From a candidate division WOR-3 bacterium (lineage in GTDB: Bacteria > Hydrothermota > Tepidihabitantia > Tepidihabitantales > Tepidihabitantaceae): 64,000 nucleotides of DNA. How positions within the stretch are numbered: the stretch's first letter is position 1; every line of letters starts with the position of its first letter. Shown piece by piece: positions 28,632 through 36,804 of this stretch. The notes beneath the pieces are model-generated. The model was not told the DNA's origin. It saw only the letters and a program-made list of their open reading frames with translations, and ran no database searches. Both the position numbers and the translations under genes were made by a program. The stretch covers positions 779-64,778 of the forward strand of contig VGIR01000005.1 in NCBI GenBank assembly GCA_016867815.1, given 5' to 3'.

Positions 28632-29741
28632 TCAGCGAAGTGAAAGAAGGCCGGAACTCGCAGGCACTCCGGCTTCCGGCTTCCCGCTCTTGGCGCGCGA
28701 GAGGCTCAAGCTGCATCTCCCCTGGAGGATTCCATTGAAGCCATCCATTGCCAGAATCGCGTGACGGCCTGTCGAAGCCAACCTCACTGTGTCGATTCTC
28801 GCATTGGTGGGATCTGTAACTCCCGCGATTCTAGTGCCGGCCGTATTGTAAAGTTCGACCCTGGGCCACAGGTTTCCCGAGTCTGCCGCCACGATTATCG
28901 TGACGACGTCGTCCGCGTTCCCGTCAAACGTATACGCATCAATCTGAGCCGTACTATCGATCAGTAGTCCGACCTTCGCCCCATAGGCAATAGAAGTGGC
29001 GTTTCCCGGGTCGGCGGTACGCTGCAAAGACAAGCCATACCTTCCTGTCATTTTGCCATCGAACCCGTCGGTAACCAAGATGGCATGGCGGCCTGTCGTC
29101 GCCAACCCTACGCCGTCGACCCGCGCATCGGACGGATCGATGGCTTCCGCGATTCTGGTTCCCGACGGATCGTAGATCTCGATCCCGCACCACAGAGTCC
29201 CCGAATCTACGGCCATGAGCATCGTGACGATGTCGCCCGCATTCCCCTCGAAAGTATAGGCGGCAATCTGGGCCGTACTGTCGATGGAGGATTGTACTCC
29301 TGACCCGTAGGTAATGGGAATCGCACTCCCGGGGTCTGCCGTCCGCTGAACGGACAGGCCGTATCTGCCCGTCCGCGTACTATCGAACCCATCCATCGCC
29401 AGGACCGCATAGCGACCCGTCTCTGTCAACCTGACGGTGTCTATCCTCGCCCGGGTCGGATGCCTGGCGTCGGTGATCTTCGTGCCGGACGGATCGAGGA
29501 GGTCGATCCGGGACCACATGGTCCCCGAGTCCACCACCATCACTAGCGTGACTACTTCGCCCGCGTTCCCATCAAACCCATACTCGTCTACCTCCGCCGC
29601 CATGCCGATAGACGCATGAGTGTTGTCGCCGTAGTGAATCAGTTGCTGTTCGGGCGGGTCCGGCGTCGTAACACAACCCGCAATGAACAGAGAAGCTGCC
29701 AGACAAAGATTACGCACTGCTATCCTCCTTGCCGATGTCAC
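28632..29741 (-). CDS. Lipoprotein with three ~103-aa PPC-like beta-sandwich repeats
   Basis: Lipobox LFIAGC; three repeats of Y.FDGNAG.VVT...DSG..W..I..YDPSGT.I....TGR.AIL..DGF; promoter TTGACA-N16-TATGAT on the - strand near 29945-29970. Confidence 0.8.
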   Translation of the reverse strand: MTSARRIAVRNLCLAASLFIAGCVTTPDPPEQQLIHYGDNTHASIGMAAEVDEYGFDGNAGEVVTLVMVVDSGTMWSRIDLLDPSGTKITDARHPTRARIDTVRLTETGRYAVLAMDGFDSTRTGRYGLSVQRTADPGSAIPITYGSGVQSSIDSTAQIAAYTFEGNAGDIVTMLMAVDSGTLWCGIEIYDPSGTRIAEAIDPSDARVDGVGLATTGRHAILVTDGFDGKMTGRYGLSLQRTADPGNATSIAYGAKVGLLIDSTAQIDAYTFDGNADDVVTIIVAADSGNLWPRVELYNTAGTRIAGVTDPTNARIDTVRLASTGRHAILAMDGFNGILQGRCSLSLSRAKSGKPEAGVPASSGLLSLR

Positions 29742-30046
29742 GGCTGACGCCTGCCGGCTTCGGTCCGTACCACCGCGCCGGTCCGAAACGACGTACTACT
29801 GCCTGTGGTTCGACCCGCAGTAGCCACGCCGCCAGGCGCATGAGGCATCGGTTCCCGAGCGGGAAGTCTCTCAGCCAAGGCCGGCGTCACGGTCTCCTCA
29901 AGTCAGGAACACCAAACCGAGAATCCACTTTCGACGGCAATCATAGTTCCTACAGCAACCGTGTCAAGCCTGCTGGAAGCGAGAGGGCCCGCCCCTGCTC
30001 TCATGACGCCTGCCGCGACCAGCGGGCCCGGATTGACCGGCCGCAA

Positions 30047-30140
30047 GCTGTCGGCCGCCCTCATCCGCTCCGCCTATCGGCAATCGACATCCGCTCTCGA
30101 CTTACAGCTCACGGCTTGCCGCTCCGGCAATCTACAATGG
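30047..30140. repeat. Direct repeat, left copy, flanking the GNAT gene
   Basis: gctgtcggccg...ccgctccgcctatcggcaatcgacatccgctctcg; core 30065-30099 matches 30837-30871 at 33 of 35 positions. Confidence 0.75.
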
Positions 30141-30151
30141 ACTAACGGCCG

Positions 30152-30775
30152 TCATCCCGCCGAGTCAGTGATCGTCTGCGTCTCCCGAATGTCATTGCGG
30201 AGATCGAGATACCAGAGCAGCATCACTTCGTGAGCGACGGCCGGGCAGGCGGCGTAGCCGAAGAGGTTAATGCCTCCGAGCACGCAACCCTGCCGCGCGT
30301 AGAAGCGGCAAGCCGGCACGTTCGTGTTCTGCGTCTCGACCTTGAGCTGATGGCAGCCTCTGCGGTGCGCCCAGTCTGCGGCACGCTGGAACAGGGCGGT
30401 GCCGACGCCATGTCTACGCCTATCCGGACGGACCCGAATGTCCCACAGGACCGCGAGGTCTGAGCGCCCCTCAAGCATGTGCACTGCAGGCGTGTGCACA
30501 GCTACGGTTGCCGCCCCGAGATCATCGCTACCTTCGCGGGCAATGAAGAAGCCCCACTTCGAGACGTCGAAGTGCGCGGGCCAATTCAGGACACGGCCAT
30601 CAGGGTCTTCAGAAGCGTCGTAGTCCTTCACGTAGGGTTCTGGCACGGGTTCCTCGACCAGGCGAAACCCAGGGTCGAGTGGTTCGACACGGTATGCCGA
30701 ACGCACTTCGAATGCGATTGGGATCCGCGCGTACTCGGGCAGCCGGTCCGCACCGACCTCCTGTATGTCAATCAT
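30152..30775 (-). CDS. GNAT-family N-acetyltransferase (streptothricin acetyltransferase-like)
   Basis: LWDIRVRPDRRRHGVGTALF (motif A), KVETQNTNVPACRFYARQG. Confidence 0.85.
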   Translation of the reverse strand: MIDIQEVGADRLPEYARIPIAFEVRSAYRVEPLDPGFRLVEEPVPEPYVKDYDASEDPDGRVLNWPAHFDVSKWGFFIAREGSDDLGAATVAVHTPAVHMLEGRSDLAVLWDIRVRPDRRRHGVGTALFQRAADWAHRRGCHQLKVETQNTNVPACRFYARQGCVLGGINLFGYAACPAVAHEVMLLWYLDLRNDIRETQTITDSAG

Positions 30776-30820
30776 GCCGTCCGGCCCGTGCCGCTAGCTG
30801 TAGGCTGTAGACCCTCATCG

Positions 30821-30920
30821 CTGTCGGCCGTCAGAACCGCTCCGCCAATCAGCAATCGACATCCGCTCTCGGCTTGAGGCTTGAGGCCCGCGGGCAGCGC
30901 CCGCGTCGATCGGCAATCTG
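30821..30920. repeat. Direct repeat, right copy, flanking the GNAT gene
   Basis: gctgtcggccg...ccgctccgccaatcagcaatcgacatccgctctcgg. Confidence 0.75.
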
Positions 30921-31028
30921 GAATCGTCAATCCAAAGTGACTTGGGCCGTGTCAATAGCCATTTGCAGCCCACCGAATTCCCAGTCCGGATGCGACAGGG
31001 CATACAGGACAGACAAGCCGTACGGATG

Positions 31029-31574
31029 CTATCTCCTTTCCTGACGCATGCGGTACAGGCGTTCGGTCATTCCGCCCTCTTCGAGGAAACGACGGTCGAG
31101 TTGGCGCAGTTGCTGGTCGAGCAGGTAGTTGGTCTGGTTGACCAGGCAGACCAGGCAGTTGGCGGCAGTCTCCGCGTCACCGTCCTCAACGTACGTCCGG
31201 TATGTCCCGTACGACCTTTCCGGCGCCTGAGCCAACCTCCTGATGGCCTGTTTGCGTGGGTCGTCCTTCAACCACTCCGGCAGGTCGCGCTGCCGCAGGA
31301 AGTCCAGGTAGTCCTGAAGCAACTCCTCGAAGCTGGCTCTGGCCACGCCAACCAGCTTGAGCTCGGTCTTGCGCGAGGTCCCGGAGGCCATGCTTCCTTC
31401 CGCGATGTTCTGCTTCCCAGAACGGGCGGCCTGCACCATCTGGTCGTGCGTGCGCGAGCGCTTGTCGATGAACCGGTTGCAGAACGCCACGGTGGCATCA
31501 TAGGCGATGGTGGCGTTCTGGAACGACCTTAGGTCGCGATACCCGCCGTGCTTCGGAATCAGTGACTCTGACAC
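31029..31574 (-). CDS. Four-helix-bundle (IVP-like) protein, four helix bundle suffix family
   Basis: HGGYRDLRSF, RTHDQMVQAARSGKQNIAEGS, ELKLVGVARASFEELLQDY, AANCLVCLVNQTNYLLDQQ. Confidence 0.88.
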   Translation of the reverse strand: MSESLIPKHGGYRDLRSFQNATIAYDATVAFCNRFIDKRSRTHDQMVQAARSGKQNIAEGSMASGTSRKTELKLVGVARASFEELLQDYLDFLRQRDLPEWLKDDPRKQAIRRLAQAPERSYGTYRTYVEDGDAETAANCLVCLVNQTNYLLDQQLRQLDRRFLEEGGMTERLYRMRQERR

Positions 31575-31807
31575 CAGCCGCCCTCTCTTATCCGAATCTC
31601 GTCCTCCGTCAGTCCGTACAACTCATACACGAGCACGTCGATCTGGTTGTCGGTTGCCTCTATCGTCCGCTTGAGGGATTCTTGCTCTTGCGGGGTCTTG
31701 GCCTTGGGCAACTGCTCGTCCTTGTCGTCAAGGGACTGGAAGACCTCGCGGTCGCGGGAGAAGTGCTCGACAAGGTCAGCCACCAATGCGGGAGGAGAAG
31801 CTCCCAT
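31559..31807 (-). pseudogene. 82-aa remnant joining the N- and C-terminal ends of a type IIG restriction-modification-like protein
   Basis: N-terminal ALVADLVEHFSRDREVF and C-terminal KAKTPQEQESLKRTIEATDNQIDVLVYELYGLTEDEIRI resemble the termini of Eco57I/TaqI-like RM fusions; no methyltransferase motifs. Confidence 0.6.
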
Positions 31808-31876
31808 GGACGTCTAGAATATGCCTGCCTTGCCCCGAGTCAAGCCGAGGGCCGCAGCCCCAGAACCGAGATTGAT

Positions 31877-31960
31877 GGCCACGAAGACACGAGAGCGGAG
31901 TGAAACGGACATGTCGTATCCCGCACCCATTCGTTTCGTGTCCTTCGTGCTTTCGTGGCT
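31877..31960. repeat. MITE-like element family C (GCCACGAA..CACGA ... TTCGTG..TTCGTGGC inverted ends)
   Basis: Homologous copies at 54963 and, inverted, at 62864. Confidence 0.7.
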
Positions 31961-32164
31961 CCAAAGTCGGATCCAGGACCGCAGCCGCTGGACGGTTCTG
32001 CGGGCGGGGTGGGGCAAGATCCTTGCTCACCTGAAGCAGACGCAATGGCGGGCTGGTTCTGTCGTGCGCAGCCGCATCGCACGCACTTGCTGGAACAACT
32101 GATACACCAGGTCACCCCCCCTGCCCGAGTTTGCGGCCTGCTGTTTGAGCCTTGCGGCTTGCGT

Positions 32165-32404
32165 TTATCCACACGCTTCCGGAACAACAACAAAACTAGT
32201 TAGAAGAACCTGTTGCTGCTGTTGGGATGTGGATGGATGTGGATAGCTCCTCAGCCTGCACAACATCTTCCTCGGTGTGTCCGGGGGTCTCCACTACAGG
32301 TTGTGGTTAGTTATCCACATAGTTATCCACATTCTATCCACACTTTCCACACCCGCCGTGACTTGGGCGAACTACTATACGCTGTATCCACCGAGTTGTC
32401 CACA
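32165..32404. promoter_or_regulatory. DnaA-box cluster, candidate replication origin (oriC)
   Basis: Perfect TTATCCACA at 32165, 32311 and 32323; one-mismatch boxes at 32238 (reverse), 32334, 32343 and 32396; AT-richer non-coding context. Confidence 0.7.
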
Positions 32405-32685
32405 CCACTACATATAGGTGTTGACATTGAAATCCTGTCCGGCATCTTGAGTAGATGGCCGACAAAGACTCTGCTTCTTACGGCGGGCTACTCCCCGGGC
32501 AGTCCCGGGGCTTGCCCTCCCTGCGGACGGAAGTTCGAAGGTCGAAGCTCGAATGACGAATGGAAGTGCCCGAAAAGAACCGAGGAGTTAGTGCAAGACG
32601 CCCAGCAGGCGTAACTACCATATTATTGAAGCTTTAGGCCAGGTCGCAAGCCCGGGAGTTCGCATATAGGGGTCGCCTGGGGGCT

Positions 32686-32826
32686 AGCCCTTTGAGGAGC
32701 TTTCGACGAAGCCATGAGACGAGCCTTGAAATGAGCTTTGAGTTGAGCTTTCAGAGGAGCTTTGACCCGAGCTTTGCGTCGAGCTTTGAAGCAAGCAATC
32801 AAAGAAGCGACGCACTGAGCTTCTAG
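32686..32826 (+). repeat. 12-bp-period array with invariant AGC (GAGCTTT-N5 core)
   Basis: AGC recurs every 12 nt from 32686 to 32818; GAGCTTT at 32697, 32733, 32745, 32757, 32769 and 32781. Confidence 0.8.
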
Positions 32827-32925
32827 ATGAGCGATGCGGCGAGCGATGGACTATGGAGATTGAGGTCGAGGTTAAGGTCGAGTGCAGGATGAAGTTGCCG
32901 ACGCAGTCCAGTACACGGCGAGCGA

Positions 32926-32980
32926 TACTTCTGCCGGTGCTTCGAGCCGTGCTTCGGCTCCTGCTTCGCCGCGTGCTTCG
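32926..32980 (-). repeat. Second 12-bp-period array on the opposite strand (TGCTTCG-N5)
   Basis: TGCTTCG at 32938, 32950, 32962 and 32974; degenerate unit at 32926. Confidence 0.75.
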
Positions 32981-33074
32981 CGACGTCGTACGAGAGGCTG
33001 GAGAATCCGTCAGCCGACAACCGAAACGGCGCGGCAGAGCCGCGCCGTCACGAGTGAGTGGTTGCTCTTTGCGG

Positions 33075-35264
33075 CTACAGCTTGAGCAGGACGGCGGTCG
33101 CGCGGCGGTCGCCCGCGTCGAGCCGGCAGAAGTAGGCGCCGGAAGGCACGGCTCGGCCCTGGCCGTCGCGGCCGTCCCAGGTCAACCGGTGATCTCCGGC
33201 CGCCGCGGTACCGTTCCTGAGCTGTCTGACCAGCTTGCCGGCAGCATCGTAGAGAGACAAGGAGACGTCGGCCGCTTTCGGCAGCGCGAACGCGATGGCA
33301 ACGCTGCGGTCGAAGACGCTCGGGCGCGGCACATCGAGTCGGAACGGGGGCGGCGTTTGTTTCCCTTCCGCTATTCCGACCGGCACCACGAATGTCGTGC
33401 CGCCCATCGTGTCGTTGACGGGGTCAGCATCACCGGCGAAGTTCAGGCTGCACCGCAGCACGTGGCTGCCCAGCTCTTTGGGGACCCAGGTGGCAAACGT
33501 CACCGACATCTCTCCGTTGGACGGAACCGTGACGCGCGACTGCCTGAGGTAGCCCGCGTCGGGAATGCGGAAGGTGGCGGTCACGTATTCCGCCTGCGTG
33601 CCGTTGTTCCGAATTCTTACCGAGGGGTAGATGATCCTGCCGGAGTCGACGGTGTCGGCCGGGACGAGAATGTCGACCAGTCCCGCGTCGTGGTAGCGGG
33701 CCCACACCAGCGACGTAGCGACGTCATCCCCGTGGTACTCGTCGTTGCTGAGCGCGGTCGAGCACCGGACCACGGCGGTACAGCGGGCGGGAACAACCCA
33801 GGGCGCGAACTCGAGCGTCTCCGCGCTGGCCGGAGCGAGGCTGTTCACCTGTACGGTATCGGCGTAGCCGGCGCCGATGGAGACCATTGCCGGGAAGCTG
33901 GCCGTGGCCGTGCCGAAGTTACGCACCTCGGCGGTCGGCACGTAGGAGCTGTCCGGTTCGAGGATTCCCCTCGGGGCGAGGATTACGGTCGTGGAAACGT
34001 TGTTGTCCAGCTGGACCAGGCGATGGCCGAACGGGACCGCATTCCCGTTGTCGGGAATGGAACGCGGGCAGGACTCCGCGTAGAAGAGGGTGCCCCAGTC
34101 AAGCAATTGCACAGACGAACTGAGGACCGAGCCGGTCTTGCTGTCGCGCCTACCGTCCGTGGCGACGAAGTAGATGGAGTCGGTCTGTTTGCTCTCGATA
34201 AACGAGGCGGCGTCGGTGAGATCAAACACGATCTTGTTGTCCGGGAACGGCTGATCGGTTCTCGCGCGGGCCCAGGAGCGGAAGTTGTACAGCCAGAGCG
34301 CGCTCCAGCGCTTGCCGACCGAGAACTGGAGCCCGAACCGGTCACGCGTCGGATGGTCGATGTTCGCGCGCGCGAGCAGCCTGGGCACGTACCCGACGGT
34401 ATCGGTCAGGTACGCGACCTCCCGACCGGGACAGAGGAAGCTGTCCATCACCGCCTCGTAGGACATCCAGAAGTAGCCCGCCTGGCCCCAGCCCGGACCC
34501 CACGAATTGACCATCCGGAACGCGCCGGTTCCGTCGACCGTAGTCAGGGTATCGTTGTACCCGACAAAGGTTATCAGGTGCCCGCCCCGGTTCTCGCCTT
34601 CCCGGTCGGCGGAGCAGTACATGTAGTTGTGCGCGGCGATGTTGTCGAAATTGCCCCAGACGCCGATGGAGAGACACGACGTGCTGCCGTTGGCCAGCAA
34701 CTGCTTGATCATGTTCACGCCGGTCGTGTCGTCCGTATGGAACCACGCCCAGTCCTTGGTGCGGTACGGGGTGGCTTTCGAGTACGCTGATTCGGACGGC
34801 CAGCTGACCGGGTCGCCGTCGTTGTACGGACAGTCGGCCAAGCTGGCGACACCCGACTCGCAGATGAGCGGCATGTTGTTACCGAAGCCTGAGCCGTTGT
34901 CACCGCCGCCGTTCACCTGGTTGTAGCAGAAGGCCGGGCTGAACTGGTGGTGCGGGTCGTTCAGGTCCCAGTGCCGCTCGTGGTATTCGAGTTGGGTGCG
35001 GTGATAGTAGGCTATCGACCACGAAGCACAGGAACCCTGACCGCCCTGATTGCCGACCGGTGGCATCTCGCTGGTCAGGTCCACCACCGGCAGGTCAAGG
35101 AAGGACTTCGCGCCCAGCGCGGGCGGAATGCTCTTCACCTCGTGTTCGGGCGCGACCTTGCTCAGGTCCTCCCGGACAAAACCCAGGCGGTGCAATTCGG
35201 CTCGCGCGCCTGCGGCCCCCACCAGAAGACAGCAGCCCAATAGTACGGTCAACATTCGCGACAT
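33075..35264 (-). CDS. Secreted C1A (papain-family) cysteine peptidase with CARDB-like Ig domains and FlgD/T9SS-CTD-like C-terminus
   Basis: Start moved to ATG 35264; catalytic motifs NQGGQGSCASW, GGHLITFVGY, VNSWG. Confidence 0.9.
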   Translation of the reverse strand: MSRMLTVLLGCCLLVGAAGARAELHRLGFVREDLSKVAPEHEVKSIPPALGAKSFLDLPVVDLTSEMPPVGNQGGQGSCASWSIAYYHRTQLEYHERHWDLNDPHHQFSPAFCYNQVNGGGDNGSGFGNNMPLICESGVASLADCPYNDGDPVSWPSESAYSKATPYRTKDWAWFHTDDTTGVNMIKQLLANGSTSCLSIGVWGNFDNIAAHNYMYCSADREGENRGGHLITFVGYNDTLTTVDGTGAFRMVNSWGPGWGQAGYFWMSYEAVMDSFLCPGREVAYLTDTVGYVPRLLARANIDHPTRDRFGLQFSVGKRWSALWLYNFRSWARARTDQPFPDNKIVFDLTDAASFIESKQTDSIYFVATDGRRDSKTGSVLSSSVQLLDWGTLFYAESCPRSIPDNGNAVPFGHRLVQLDNNVSTTVILAPRGILEPDSSYVPTAEVRNFGTATASFPAMVSIGAGYADTVQVNSLAPASAETLEFAPWVVPARCTAVVRCSTALSNDEYHGDDVATSLVWARYHDAGLVDILVPADTVDSGRIIYPSVRIRNNGTQAEYVTATFRIPDAGYLRQSRVTVPSNGEMSVTFATWVPKELGSHVLRCSLNFAGDADPVNDTMGGTTFVVPVGIAEGKQTPPPFRLDVPRPSVFDRSVAIAFALPKAADVSLSLYDAAGKLVRQLRNGTAAAGDHRLTWDGRDGQGRAVPSGAYFCRLDAGDRRATAVLLKL

Positions 35265-35621
35265 CTTTTCTCCTTTAGAACGAATTCGCGGGTCGGCTCG
35301 ACCCCGGGGGCGGACCGGCCCGACATCATCACCTACGAGTGTATTTCGCCGCCGCAGCAAGTCAAGGATGCGGCAAGGAAGAAGTATGGAGGACTTGTCT
35401 ACTCGCCCGGCTCCGTAGGGACCGAGTCCGAGATCGAATCACTCAGCCGGGTTCAATCGACCTCTCAATTCGTGTGCATGCGTGGTTCGTCATACCGGGT
35501 TCGCAGTTCTGCAATCTGGCTTCTGACCTCGGCTGCGGCCTGTGCCCCGAGTTGACCCGCGCGCAGTTGGGAGTTAGCATCCCTTTGGTCCGGCCGCACA
35601 TGCGGAAGCGGAACACCGACA

Positions 35622-36638
35622 GTGAACGAACAACCCGCACCGACACCAAGCCTTACGCGCCGCACCATCGCCCGTGGGGTGCGGGTGTTTGTATTCATCG
35701 CGGTTGCTGCCGCGGTATTGTTGCTGGCGTTCACCGCCAGCAGCGAGACCCTGACCGGACTCGCCCACGTCAAGTGGTACTGGCTGGCCGCGACCTGCGC
35801 GCTCTGGCTGGTCGCGTCCATCTTCGACGGCCTGCGCCTCGCCGTGTTCTCCCGGGCGACCGAGCACCGGCTGTCGCTTCGCGCCTCAATCGAGATTATC
35901 TTCATCGGCTACTTCATGGCTGCCGTGACCCCGTTCCAGGTCGGCGGCCTGCCCCTCCAGCTCTACATCATGAACAGCCGTGGCATCTCCCCGGGCAAAG
36001 CGACCTCGCTGCTGCTGATGCGCGGCGTGGTATTCTACGGCCTGCTCTTCGCGGCCGCGCCGGTTGTCGCCATCCGGCTCAACGCCTCGACCGCAATCGT
36101 CAGGGTGCTGGCCGGCTACATCGGGGTGATTATCGCCGCCGGGGCGGCGCTGGTCATAGCGAGCGTGGCGTTTCCGGCCCGGTTCCGGCGGTGGCACGCC
36201 CGGCTGTCACAGACAGCGAAACCGGGGCTGATTCGTCGCGGCGTGATCTGGGTGCTGGATGAATTCGACGAGTTCGTGGACGGGCTCAAGGTCTACCGCC
36301 AGTCGCACAATCTCGGCTGGCTCGCCTTGGGCCTGCTGGTGACCGTGGTCTGCATCGTCTCGCTGTTCGGGATGAGCGCGACCCTGCTGGCCGGGCTAGG
36401 CGTGCAGACCGATGCGCTACGGGTGATGGCGCTCAACCTGCTGCTCACCGCGGTACTCTTGTTCGTACCCACTCCGGGCGCGAGCGGCGTGGCCGAGGTC
36501 GGCGCGGCGGGGCTGTACGCGGCGGTCTGCCCGAAGGCGATGCTCGGCGTCTACGTCGTGCTCTGGCGGCTCTTCAGCTTCTACGGCGGGGCGCTGGTCG
36601 GCGGCATCCTCGCCCTGCGCCATATCTCCAAGCGCTAG
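35622..36638 (+). CDS. Lysylphosphatidylglycerol-synthase TM / flippase-like (UPF0104) membrane protein
   Basis: GYFMAAVTPFQVGGLPLQLY, PTPGASGVAE, VLWRLFSFY; multiple TM segments. Confidence 0.88.
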   Translation: MNEQPAPTPSLTRRTIARGVRVFVFIAVAAAVLLLAFTASSETLTGLAHVKWYWLAATCALWLVASIFDGLRLAVFSRATEHRLSLRASIEIIFIGYFMAAVTPFQVGGLPLQLYIMNSRGISPGKATSLLLMRGVVFYGLLFAAAPVVAIRLNASTAIVRVLAGYIGVIIAAGAALVIASVAFPARFRRWHARLSQTAKPGLIRRGVIWVLDEFDEFVDGLKVYRQSHNLGWLALGLLVTVVCIVSLFGMSATLLAGLGVQTDALRVMALNLLLTAVLLFVPTPGASGVAEVGAAGLYAAVCPKAMLGVYVVLWRLFSFYGGALVGGILALRHISKR

Positions 36639-36804
36639 CCCGCTCCGGCCCCTGAACCGACGCTGCAGGCACGAGGCGAAACAGAAGAAGGGAATGGGTA
36701 CGCCCCCCTTGACACGCTGCCGGTCCGCGCTGTAACATTGTTCAGGTGCGGCCGAGGACCACAGGCTCGCCGCCCTTCTCTGTTTCTGTATCAATTGGAG
36801 GACT

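Noticed and set aside
28632-31807. Integron cassette array
   Set aside because: No intI and no attC-like RYYYAAC...GTTRRRY structures recognised.
32686-32980. Possible CRISPR array
   Set aside because: The period is 12 bp with a 3-7-bp constant part, far below CRISPR repeat-spacer size, and there are no cas genes.
32853-34790. 645-aa + strand ORF starting MEIEVEVKVE
   Set aside because: Mostly antisense to the C1 peptidase; its start derives from a 6-nt repeat tract.
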